From: Malacoraja senta
Taxonomy: Eukaryota
Length of the DNA stretch: 48,029 nt
Assembly (NCBI GenBank): GCA_038087875.1
Contig: JAXLNO010000379.1
Location: 1-48,029, forward strand
Direction: 5' to 3'
Both the position numbers and the translations under genes were made by a program. Positions within the stretch are counted from its first letter, which is position 1, and every line of letters starts with the position of its first letter. Below, one piece after another: positions 37,058-48,029 of the stretch. The notes under the pieces were generated by a model. That model did no database searches. It was not told the DNA's origin and was given only the letters and a program-made list of their open reading frames with translations.

Positions 37058-37753
37058 AAGGCCTGTCCCACTTACGTGTCCTTGGCATGCAAATTAGGTG
37101 ACCTCATGGTCACGTTGAGCCGAGACGGTCGAGCGATGGTTGGGCGCGATTCCCTGCGTACGCACAGCCGTCTGGAGCATGTGACGTCATTTGAAGATGG
37201 ACACAAAGCTGGAGTAACTCAGCGGGACCGGCAGCATCTCTGGAGAGAAGGAATGGGTGACGTTTCGGGTCAAGACCCTTCTTCAGTCTGAAAAGAAGGG
37301 TCTTGACCCGAAACGTCACCCATTCCTTCTCTCCAAGGATGCTGCCGGTCCCGCTGAGTTACTCCTGCATTTTGTGTCCATCTTCAATTTTCTTGGCCCC
37401 ACTCTGGGAGTAGAAGTGGGGGCGGATCCGGATCCGCAACGGCCGTGAGCCCCAGGCCGAGCTCGGCGATCGTTTGCCTGCTTCTGCTGCTGTTGGAGGT
37501 GAGACGTTGCGTCGCGCCAGGGTCTTGGGCCTGTCCCACTTTGGCCGTCAGTTCCGCGACAGGCCGTTGGCGCACAAAAATTTTGTTCGCTACAAAGATT
37601 TCGGAGACACGCGCGATGTCGCGCACAACTACATACCCCTCCGCGCTTCTCAGTGGGACCGGCCCAGCGCGGCCATACGATGCCCGTGCGCCTCAACGCG
37701 ACCACGAGGTCGCGTAATTTGCGTGCCAAGGACACGTAAGTAGGACAGGCCCT
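37058..37753. mobile_element. PIF/Harbinger-type MITE containing a Penelope-derived hairpin (37191-37387)
   Basis: Long imperfect TIRs; TAA duplicated at 37055-57 and 37754-56. Confidence 0.85.
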
Positions 37754-38019
37754 TAAGTGTCCTCTCCACAAACCCCTGGTGTTATCACTGGATCCTGTTT
37801 GCAAGGAGTCAGGGATGTCTTGCAACATCCCAAACACTGCCAGCAGACCTGCTGCTGGAACAGGTAGCAAAGGGTCTTACAGAATGGAAACAGGCCCTTC
37901 GGCCCAACTTGCCCACACCGATCAATATGTCCCATCTACACTAGTCCCACCTGCTTGCATTTGGCCCATATCCCTCTAAACCTGTCCTATCCATGTACCT
38001 ATCTAATTGTTTCTTAAAC

Positions 38020-38456
38020 ATTGAAAAGACTAGGCTTGCATTCACTGGAGTTTAGAAGGATGAAGGGGTATCTTATAGTAACATATACAACTATAAAAGG
38101 GCTGGACAAGCTAGATGCAGGAAAAATGTTCCCAATGTTGGGCGAGTCCAGAACCAGGGGCCACAGTCTTAGAATAAATGGGAGGTCATTTAAGACTGAG
38201 GTGAGAAAAAACGTTTTCACCCAGAGAGTTGTGAATTTATGGAATTCCCTGCCACAAAGGGCATGGAGGCCAAATCACTGGATGGATTTAAGAGAGAGTT
38301 AGATAGAGCTCTAGGGGCTAGTGGAATCAAGGGATATGGGGAGAAGGCAGGCACGGGTTATTGGTTGGGGACGATCAGCCATGATCACAATGAATGGCGG
38401 TGCTGGCTTGAAGGGCCGAATGGCCTCCTCCAGCACCTATTTTCTATGTTTCTATT
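38020..38456 (+). mobile_element. CR1 3' fragment nested in an older antisense CR1 (about 37870-38625)
   Basis: Matches the 20400-20850 subfamily; both flanks read as a - strand CR1. Confidence 0.85.
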
Positions 38457-39659
38457 GCAATTGTCCTTGCCTGAAATCCCTCCTCTGGCAGCTTGTTCCA
38501 TACACCCACCACCCTTTGTGTGTCAAAGTTACCGCTCGGATTTATATTAAATCTGTCCCCCTTCACCTTAAACCTATATCCTCTGGTTCTCCATTCCCAT
38601 ACTCTGGGCAAGAGACTCTGTGTATCTTGTGTAGAGTTATTTATTTATCTTTGTGGACTTTCTAATGAAATGAACTCCATATTACTAAACCCTCGCTGAC
38701 TCTATGGAATGTTTGTTCTACACTGGCCATCCATCCTATCCTCCTCTCCTCTCCCCTCTCCCCATGTTTAGATACCTTTGTTCTGGATACCTCTGTTCTA
38801 CTGCTGCTTGATTGTAAGTTTTCACACGAGCAATGATAAGGAAATAATGTTTCTGAAAAGGAGGTGCGATGCAAATGAACAGTGCATCTTTGATCTAAAT
38901 GGGCAATATAGTCAGCAGGAGTCTGTGAATCAAGCGTGAGAAATAACATGAGAAATTGGTAGGAAGGAACTGCAGATGTTGGCTTATACCGCAGATAGAC
39001 ACAAAATGCTGGAGTAACATCTCTGGAGTGAAGGATTGGGTGACGTTTCGGGTCGAAGAAGGATCTCGATAAGAAATTGGAGCAGGGGTAAATTATGTGG
39101 CCCTTTGATTTTGCTCTGCCATTGAAAATAAGACCATTGCTATTCTGCTTTGGACCTTGTCTCCACTTTCCTGCTTTTCCTGATCTCTATTTCCCATCTC
39201 TACCAGGCAGATCAAATATTGGTCTCTCTTCAGCTTTAGTTTATTCAGTAATCAGCCTCCACAGCTCTGAGTTGGAGAATTCCAAAGACTTGCAATACAC
39301 CGAGAGAAGAAATCTACCTCATCTCAATCGTAAATGGGAATGACCAATTTTTCTTTCCTTTTAAAGTACAGCTCACAGATGCCTTCCGGGTAAAGGTACC
39401 ATTGAATAAGGCACTAAATTATATTCCATGTTGGGTTGAATTAGATAGAATACAACTCCAACTAAGATCCAACACCCAGCATTGGTTTTCATTCCACCAA
39501 CTTGAGAAGAACACACCTCCTGTGATTAGTGACATTTTCCATTTCCCAGAACAACCAAGATGCCTAATTCAGGGTGTTTTGTACAGTCAGTGCATTTTTT
39601 TAGGATTAGTTTGGATTCTGTCCATTTTCAGCCACATAGGAGTTGGATTCCTGGCAAAC

Positions 39660-39785
39660 TGTAGTCTGAAGAAGGGTCTCGACCCGAAACGTCACCCTTC
39701 TCAATGGAGATGCTGTCTGACCGCTGAATTACTCTGGTTTTTGTGTCCATCTTCGGTTGAAACCAGCATCTGCAGTTCCTTCCTT
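39660..39785 (+). mobile_element. Penelope terminal repeat just upstream of NOD1 exon 2
   Basis: CTGAAGAAGGGTCTCGACCCGAAACGTC...CCAGCATCTGCAGTTCCTTCC. Confidence 0.8.
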
Positions 39786-39820
39786 CACTTAACTGTACCC
39801 TGCATTTTGTTTATTTATAG

Positions 39821-39995
39821 GTTCGACAAATATTGGATCTTGTTCAGAGCAAGGGAGAAGAAACGGCAGAATATTTCTTACACATTTTGTACCAAGCCAA
39901 TGAGATTTACACAGACCTAGGCCCATGGCTAAAAGAAATACAATATCAGCCGTCAGAACACATACAGGCTAAATCAGTCATTATTACAGACAATG
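39821..39995 (+). CDS. NOD1: NOD1 coding exon 2, C-terminal half of CARD (175 nt)
   Basis: VRQILDLVQSKGEETAEYFLHILYQANEIYTDLGPWLKEIQYQPSEHIQAKSVIITDN. Acceptor ttatttatag, donor G/gtaagg, phases 0 and 1 fit the neighbouring exons. Confidence 0.96.
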
Positions 39996-40155
39996 GTAAG
40001 GTTTTTTCATTGCATATCTGATAAATTTAAAAAATTGTGTACAGTTAAATTTAGCCTTTTCCATTGTACACCCCGTGTCTATGTTATGATGTAAACAGGT
40101 TATGTTATTGTTGGTTTATTATTGTCACATGTATGTACAGTGAAAAGATTTGTTT

Positions 40156-40845
40156 TTAAGAAGGAACTGCAGATGCTGGAAAATCGAAGGTACACAAAAA
40201 TGCTGGAGAAACTCAGCGGGTGCAGCAGCATCTATGGAGCGAAGGAAATAGGCAACGTTTCGGGCCGAAACCCTTCTTCAGACTGATTGGGTGTGGGGAG
40301 AAGAAATTAAAAAGGCAGAGGAGGAGCCCGAGGGCTGAGGGATGGGAGGAGACAGCAAGGGCTAACAGAATAGGGAGAATTCAATGTTCATGGCCCCAGG
40401 ATGCAGACTGCCCAAGCGGAATATGAGGTGCTGTTCCTCCAATTTCCGGTGTTGCTCGCTCTGGCCATGGAGGAGACCCAGGACAGAGAGGTCGGATATG
40501 GAATGGGAGGGGGAGTTGAAGTGCTGAGCCACCGGGAGGTCAGGTTGGTTATTGCAGACCGAGCGGAGGTGTTCGGCGAAACGATCGGCAAGCGATTGGT
40601 CTCACCGATGTAGATCAGCTGACATCTAGAGCAGCGGATGCAATAGATGAGGTTGGAGGAGATGCAGGTGAACCTCTGTCTCACCTGTGGCTCAGCACTT
40701 CAACTCCTCCTCCGCATTTTTCCTTTCTTCTCCCCACCCCCCCATCAGTCTGAAGAAGGGTTTCGGCCCGAAACGTTGCCTATTTCCTTCACTCCATAGA
40801 TGCTGCTGCACCCGCTGAGTTTCTCCAGCATTTTTGTGTACCTTC
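40156..40845 (-). mobile_element. Penelope-like element: GIY-YIG endonuclease remnant between inverted terminal repeats
   Basis: FTCISSNLIYCIRCSRCQLIYIGET; inverted arms of about 140 bp; GAAAAGATTT duplicated at 40142 and 40846. Confidence 0.9.
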
Positions 40846-41879
40846 GAAAAGATTTATTTGCTTGCTAGCCTGTCAAATCATATTATATATGAGTACATCA
40901 AGCAAACAAGTACAACAGGTAGGGCAAAGAGAAAAATATCTTCCTGACAACCAATCGTAGTCATAATGAAAGAGTTAGTTATTAATTGATTGTTGCCATA
41001 TTTAAACTTTCCTGTTGTAAAAGGCCAATTGTAATGCATGATGGGATTTGGACAACTCCTATCATGCCAGGTATTTTTCCCTTTAAGTTGAAAAGTTCAC
41101 AGCTCTCTTGCAAGCTTTTTTATGTAAGTTGAAGAGGTTAATCAGATAAGAAGGGGCCCAGAGGATGCCATTGGGGTAACTGGCATTTGGCAAAGAGTGA
41201 AAAACAACTCCATATTTGGAGGTGGATGATGGTTTTTGTGTCATTACATCATGCAATTGGTTTTATATCGGTACGTATATAAGCTTCGATGTTCTGGTAT
41301 TTCTTTGTGTGTGCTGTTGGAGATTCAGACGTGAGAACCTGTTGCCTCTGGGTCTCTCAGTTCACACCCGTCAGACGTTAAATTAAAGCTTTGTATGGTC
41401 TTAAGAATTTGTACTTTGTCTATCTATTAAGTGAACTTTTTCAATAACATTGAGGTGTGATGAACCATTGATGTCAGTGGAAAGACTCTAAATGATTACA
41501 ATTGAGGCATCCACAGTGTATAGATATAAGATAAGGGATGAACCCAGTCACTCATTCAAGTTGACTGCAGAATCCCTGGTGATCATAAGGTCATAAGTGA
41601 TAGGAGCAGAATTAGGCCATTTGGCCCATCAAGTCTACTCCACCATTCAATCATGGCTGATCTATCTCTCCCTCCTAACTCTATTCTCCTGCCTTCTCCT
41701 CATAGCCCTTGACACCCGTACTATCACGAATCTATCTATCTCTGCCTTAAAAATATCCATTCCTTCCACAGCCTTCTGGGGCAAAGATTTCCGCAGATTC
41801 ACCACCCTCTGAAGAAATTCCTCCTCATCTCTTTCTTCATTCTGAGGCTATGACCTCTAGTCCTAGATTCTCACACTGG

Positions 41880-42042
41880 ACGGACCAGTCCACTGACTCA
41901 AAGCAGTCACATAGGATGTCATATGTGTCCACTGACCAGCATTGATCAACTCTCTGTACCGGATTCTCCTGCTTCAGTTTTTGTTTGTAGGCAGGGAGTA
42001 GAAATATAGCTGGGTGATCACATTTTCCGAAATGTGGCTGAG
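41880..42042 (-). mobile_element. Rex/Babar endonuclease C-terminal fragment (N-terminal part at 43340-43613)
   Basis: PHFGKCDHPAIFLLPAYKQKLK and LEYLTVRC.PY..P.EFTS....V.IPP. Confidence 0.7.
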
Positions 42043-42044
42043 GA

Positions 42045-42528
42045 ACATAGAAACATATACATAGAAAATAGGTGCAGGAGTAGGTCATTCGGCCCTTCGA
42101 GTCTGCACCGCCATTCAATATGATCATGGCTGATCATCCAACTCAGTATCCTGTACCTGCCTTCTCTCCATACCCCCTGATCCCTTTAGCCACAAGGGCC
42201 ACATCTATCTCCCTCTTAAATATAGCCAATGAACTGGCCTCAACTACCTTCTGTGGCAGAGAATTCCAGAGATTCACCACTCTGTGTGAAAAATGTTTTT
42301 CTCATCTCGGTCCTAAAAGATTTCCCCTTTATCCTTAAACTGTGACCCCTTGTTCTGGACTTCCCCAACATCGGGAACAATCTTCCTGCATCTAGCCTGT
42401 CCAACCCCTTAAGAATTTTGTAAGTTTCTATAAGATCCCCCCTCAATCTTCTAAATTCCAGCGAGTACAAGCCGAGTCTATCCAGTCTTTCTTCATATAA
42501 AAGTCCTGACATCCAAGGAACCAGTCTG
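42045..42528 (-). mobile_element. CR1 LINE 3' fragment, antisense
   Basis: Reverse complement of the young CR1 copies. Confidence 0.92.
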
Positions 42529-42569
42529 ATAGTCCAAGGAACAGAGTGATAGGCGTGGTAAACTACAAT

Positions 42570-43300
42570 AGTTTCGTTTAATTTAGAGATACAACGCGGA
42601 AACATGCCCTTTGACCCACAAAGTCCACGCTGACGAGTGATCCCTGTGCACCAGCACTGTACCTACACACATGAGGGATCATTTACAATTATACCAAGCC
42701 AATTAGCCTGCAAACCTGCACGTCTTTGGAGTGTGGGAGGAAACCGGAGCACCCGGATAAAACCCACAGGGAGAACGTACAAACTCCGTACAGACAGCAC
42801 CCGAGGTCAGGATTGAACCCGGGTCTCTGGCGTGTAAAGGGCCTGTCCCACGGGCATGCGACTCCATGCGGCAAGCGCGACCTAACCGGAAGCGGGGGGA
42901 AGCTTAGGTCGAGTGATCCCCGTACAGGGCCGGTCCCACCAGCATGCGGCTGCATGCGGCAAGCGCTACCAAACCAGAAGCGGGGGCTGCGCGGAGGTCG
43001 AGTGACATCAAGACGGTGCGTACGGCATTGAGGCGGTGCGCACGGCCTTTTGGAAGGGGGCCCGTTGCCGTGCGGAATTTTTGAACAGTGTCAGTTTTTC
43101 GGAGCCCCGCGCGATATCGGGACCAGCCCCGCGCAACTCCATACGGCTCCGGCGATCGAAGTGGGACTGGTCCCGCGACGTCCGCACGGCCCCCGCACAG
43201 TCCCCGCTTCCGGTTAGGTCGCGCTTGCCGCATGGAGTCGCATGCCCGTGGGACAGGCCCTTAAGGCAGCAGTTCTACTGTTGCGTCCCCGTGGCACCCA
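42570..43300 (-). mobile_element. V-SINE (HE1-like) interrupted by a Harbinger MITE
   Basis: Antisense V-domain and B box; the tRNA head resumes after 43264. Confidence 0.82.
42838..43261. mobile_element. PIF/Harbinger-type MITE with long near-perfect TIRs
   Basis: About 60-bp TIRs; TAA duplicated at 42835-37 and 43262-64. Confidence 0.9.
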
Positions 43301-43797
43301 ATGGCAACCAATGGTCTGTGATGATCTGCAGCAGTGGTCACAGGGGCCCCTGGTGCGACAAGAGACATTGCTGATAGTACTTTGGCAGTGCACCTCTGAG
43401 GTCGCCTTGTGTGATGTCTTCTGCTACAACGAGCAGGGCGTCAGGATGTTTTGTCTCAGGGCTACTGATAGTGGAGTACAGTTCATTCAGAGCAAGTTTG
43501 ACGTCCACATGGGGAGGGATGGAGACTGCTGGCAGCACAGCTGAGGTGAATTCCATCGGCTGGTTGTAGGGGCTGCACCTCACTGTCAGATATTCCAGGT
43601 CCAGGATGGCCATGTCTGTGTTACAAGCAAACTATTCATTTCATCATGTTGTTACTGCTATTCATTTCCACATAAGCCATTTGCATCCCTTCTTTTAATC
43701 TTCACAGATGTATCCTTCACTAGTGCAAGAGTGTTATTCACTCCAACCGCAACATATAGTTGAGGTTCACCATTCCCAGCTCCATCAGTAACATTCT

Positions 43798-44013
43798 TGT
43801 CTGTATGGAGTTTGCATGTTCTCCCCGTGACCTGCGTGGGTTATCTCAGAGATCTTCGGTTTCCTCCCACACTCCAAAGACATACAGGTTTGTAGGTTAA
43901 TTGGCTTGGTATAAATGTAAAATTGTTCCTAGTGTGTGGAATAGTGTCAATGTGCGGGGATCGCTGGTCGGTGTGGACCCGGTGGGCCCAAGGGCATGTT
44001 TCCGCGCTGTATC
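43798..44013 (+). mobile_element. V-SINE, 5'-truncated
   Basis: V-domain and tail; provides the empty-site sequence for the 18042 MITE. Confidence 0.8.
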
Positions 44014-44509
44014 AGGGTGATGGGTGTGGTGAGAAATGAAGCAGGTATGTCAATACGTAATGGTCCCTTTTTTTTCTCTTCTTTATTATTCTTCGTTTTT
44101 GTATTTTTATTCTTTTTTAGGCTTTTACTTATTCACTCCTGGACTGCAATATTTGTCAGTTTAGGGGTTCACAGATTCACTATTTCTTTCACTTCCTTTT
44201 TCGCTCTTCCTCTCTTGTTCTATTTCTATTTTGTTAAATTTAAAATGGAAGAGGTAGAATAAATGTATTTTGTCATATGCCGCAGTTTATATTACTGTAC
44301 ACTGCTTCTAATACAAATGTGAATGATAAAAGAAAAAGAAAAAAAAGAAAAAAAAAATCTTGTATCTCAATCTTTGAGGAGGGCGTCAGGATGTTTTGTC
44401 TCAGGGCTACTGATAGTGGAGATACAAAAATTCTTGTATCTCAATCTTTGTTTTTCCCTATAAATTGAAATATTCTCTGCATTTAGACCACTATTGTCAT
44501 TTATATCTC

Positions 44510-44823
44510 ATGTTCCAATGGTGGATTTTAAACCATTGGATTAAAGAGGTGCTTTACAATCTGAAACTTGAAAAACTTAGGTTCTCTCTCAAAGGTTCTA
44601 CCAAGACATTTCTAGATACATGGAACCCTTTCCTTGAATTGGTTAACTCTCTTACCTTGTCCTCGGACTCGGAAGAGGACTGAGTGTTCTCCATCATCGT
44701 TTTGTTCTACAGCAGCTGCTTTCCCCTTAACCCCCCCTCCCTACAATGGTTTATTGAGATGTGTACGTATATATATATATATATATCTTAAAAAATTTTA
44801 AAAAAAAGATTGATTGAGATTCT

Positions 44824-44879
<56 letters not shown>

Positions 44880-45148
44880 TATTTTTTTTTATTTTTTATT
44901 TTTTTATATAGCACATTTTGTTTCGTCTATTCTACCATTTGTGTGTGGATGTGTATGTATGTGAGTGTTGTTTGTCCTCGTTTGGCTCCGACCTGACTTG
45001 GGTGGGTTGAAGGTGGGTATGGGTAAGGGTTTTGAGGATCGCTTACATACTGTTGTACAATTATGCCTTGATTATTATTGTCTGTTATTATTGTATATAT
45101 GTAAATTGCTGTGAAATTCAAATAAAAAGATTAAATTAAAAATTAAAT
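44510..45148 (+). mobile_element. L1/Tx1-like 3' end with (TA)n microsatellite (44829-44874)
   Basis: WIKEVLYNLKLEKLRFSLKGSTKTFLDTWNPF; AATAAA at 45121 with an A-rich tail. Confidence 0.75.
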
Positions 45149-45180
45149 CTGTTATATTAACTATGCATTTTTCTCTCCAG

Positions 45181-46972
45181 TCTTGCAGTACATTCAGAAA
45201 ATCAGACAGGATCTCCGGCAGGACACAAGGTTTGTCACCTCATATGTCAGGAAGGAAGATATCCTGTTGGAGGATACATACACTGAGACTATTATGGAGG
45301 TAATCAACGCAGTCAATGAAACCAAAGGGACCATCACCCACTTGGAGGATTTGTTCAGCGACACTGAAATCATTAATGAAGATGCCGAAACTGTGTTTGT
45401 AACTGGTGACGCTGGAGTGGGAAAGACCATTCTCCTCCAGAGACTTCAGAACCTGTGGTCAAAGGGAGAGCTCTGTGGTGACATCAAGTTCTTCTTCAAG
45501 TTTAGATGCAGAATGCTCAGCAGCTTCAAGGAGGAGGACAAAATCTCTCTGCGAGATCTTCTGTTCAAGTACAACTGTTACCCTGATAAAGACGCCGACG
45601 AGATATTCAGTTACATCCGACAACATCCAGCCACCGTTCTCTTCACACTGGACGGCTTTGATGAACTTCACACGGACGGCGACCTTAACGATATTCCTGA
45701 CATCTCATCGCCCTTTGAGCCCACGCACCCTGTGGCCCTGTTGTTGAACCTTCTCCGCGGAAAATTGTTAAAAGGCTCCATGAAGTTGTTGACAGCGAGG
45801 ACAGGCACAGACTTACCATTGAGGATGGTGAGAAAGAGAGTGGCACTGAAGGGCTTTTCCAAGGAACATTTGCGGGGTTATTTGAAGAAATGTTTCAAAA
45901 ACAAGGCTGATCAAAGTCTAGTCCTGACCCAGCTGGAGGCCAACCCTCACCTGTGCAGTCTATGTTCAGTGCCTTTATTTTGTTGGATTATATTTAAATG
46001 CTACGAACATTTTCAGTCCACAAGTAGCCCTCAGCGGCTCTTGGATCACATCACGTTAACCGACATTTACCTGCTGATGTTGGAGGTATTCTTGAATCAT
46101 TCTATCAAGGGGGGATTAAACAAGCAAAGCAATAGTCAAAAGGAGACCTTCAAAGCAAAGAAATGTGTGCTGATGCGTTTAGGAAAATTAGCAAGGACAG
46201 GAATTGAAAACAACATCTTCATCTTCAGTCAGGAGCAAATGACCGAGGCCAACATCTCTGAAGAAGATTTAAAATTGGGTTTCATCAAAACTGCGTGCCA
46301 TTACGATGGATGTGGGAACCAGTCAACATATGAGTTTCTTCATATAACCCTCCAGTCATTTTTCACCGCTTTTGTCTTGGTTGTCGATGAGGAAATCAGT
46401 GCCAGAGAAGCCATTAGGTTTTTTGCCAAATGTAACCACCACATGAAATTCAATACTCTTTTGTTACGTTGCATGGGATATAATATGAATCACAGGAAGG
46501 AAATATTTGGAACGACTGAGCACCTGCAGTTCACCACTCTTTTTCTTTGTGGCCTCCTGTCCAAAGCTAAAAGGGACTTGTTCAAACATTTGTCCTCCAC
46601 GGCCGGTGTCCAAAGGAAGCGCTCGGCACTGAAGACCTACCTTGCCGATCGCGTAAAGACACACTTAAAAAATCTCCCTTCATCGCCATACCAAGGCTTT
46701 TGCAGAATGCAGGTTTTGCCCCAGTTTATCTGGCTGGTGCGCTACATTTTTGAAACCCAGAGCGAAGCGGTAGCCAATCTTGCAGCAAGAGGGATTTGCG
46801 CTGATTATATCAAACTCACTTTCTGCAACGCCTTCTCTGCTGACTGCAGTGCAATTGCAAACATCCTGCGTCATCGTAAAATGTCGATTGGACTTGAATT
46901 GGACAACAACAATATCAATGACTATGGAGTGAAAGAACTAATTCCTTGCTTCCATAAACTCACAGTGGTCAG
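45181..46972 (+). CDS. NOD1: NOD1 coding exon 3, NACHT/HD1/WH/HD2 and first LRR (1792 nt)
   Basis: Uninterrupted ORF with Walker A GDAGVGKT, Walker B LFTLDGFDE, LLTAR sensor, CSVPLFCWII, YEFLHITLQSFF and LELDNNNINDYGVKEL. Acceptor ttctctccag, donor AG/gtacgt. Confidence 0.98.
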
Positions 46973-47369
46973 GTACGTTTTCATTTATTCCATCAATTTT
47001 TCATGAATAGGTTGTATCTCCCTCTTTTAAAGTTTTTGTTGTGTGATTAAGATAGAAATTAGGGCCATTCAAAGACCTTGGGATGTTCCAAAACACTTCA
47101 GTTCCAATGCAGTGCTTCATGTGAGATTGATGATGGTAGGGCGGTGGATGTTGCCTCCAAGGATTTTTATATGGCTTTTGATAAGGTCCCTCATGGTTGG
47201 CTGGTCCAGAAGATTCAGATGTATGGGATCCATGATAACTTAGTTGTCTGGCTATTTCAGTTGCAGTTGAAGAAAGATATTCTGATTACTATGAGGGACC
47301 TTATTAAAAGCTTTACCAAAATCCATATATACAGCATCCACCACCCTACCTTCATCAGTCTCTTTCGTC

Positions 47370-47590
47370 ACTGGTGGCACAGTGGCATAGTGCTAGAGCT
47401 CTTGCCTTACAGCGCCAGAGACCCGGATTCGATCCTGACTGCGGGGGCTTGTCTGTACAGAGTTTGTACATTCTCCCCGTGACCTGCGTGAGTTTTCTCT
47501 GAGATTTTCGGTTTCCTTACCTTAGATGGGGCATCTTCGTTGGCATGTATGAGTTTGGCTGAAGAGCCTGTTTCCATACTGTACGACTGC
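47370..47590 (+). mobile_element. V-SINE fragment in a NOD1 intron
   Basis: TGGCACAGTGG head, GATTCGATCC B box, V-domain. Confidence 0.8.
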
Positions 47591-47753
47591 ATTACATATG
47601 CTTTTGCTTTGATTCAGTTATGCCCTTGCTCTCCTAACCCACTTCGAAACCTCGTGGAAGGACACAGGAGATTGATTAGGTATTGATGAATGATACTTTG
47701 GGTGTGATATGCATTTGTAGTCTGTCTAATATATCCTTTGTTGTTAAATGCAG

Positions 47754-47837
47754 GTTGAGTGTAAACCAAGTCACGGACGATGGAGTTAAAGTGCTGGCTG
47801 AAGAGCTCACAAAATACAAAATTATAAAATTTCTTGG
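47754..47837 (+). CDS. NOD1: NOD1 coding exon 4, one 28-aa LRR (84 nt); not in the ORF track
   Basis: (R)LSVNQVTDDGVKVLAEELTKYKIIKFLG. Acceptor aatgcag, donor GG/gtaagc, phase 2-2. Confidence 0.96.
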
Positions 47838-48029
47838 GTAAGCCACTAATAAAAGCATTGTGCACAATTTACAATGTATGATTATGAGAATCATAGGAAA
47901 TTCATGCAAAGTTGTTTAGATGACCTGATACAAGGCTGAAGGTAACTTACTGTTAAAACTGGTTTAGAAGCAGCCATTGTGGTTGTCTAGATAGCCGCAC
48001 ATCCCCTCCCCCTTCTGCCCACCCTTAGA

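Overview
Eukaryotic, repeat-dense vertebrate DNA, most likely from a cartilaginous fish (skate/ray-like; inferred from the HE1/V-SINE, CR1 and Penelope repeat content, not proven). The only host gene I can support is NOD1 on the + strand. It has four coding exons with canonical GT-AG sites and matching phases: 34823-35068 (CARD N-half), 39821-39995 (CARD C-half), 45181-46972 (NACHT to first LRR) and 47754-47837 (84-nt LRR exon), and the gene continues past the window. A CpG-rich candidate promoter/first exon with a perfect NF-kB palindrome lies at about 4860-5125, and a high-affinity STAT site at 16424-16437. Nearly all other ORFs in the track are transposon pieces: CR1, L2, Rex/Babar, L1/Tx1 and Penelope retroelements, a CsRn1-type Gypsy element, V-SINEs, and Harbinger and hAT MITEs. 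The most interesting observations are (1) Penelope-derived fold-back elements carrying minimal hammerhead-ribozyme cores, one in sense about 130 nt before a NOD1 exon, (2) a five-copy Harbinger MITE family with CGTACGCA motifs, (3) two multi-layer nested insertions, and (4) locally templated repair junctions. I found no new protein-coding system.
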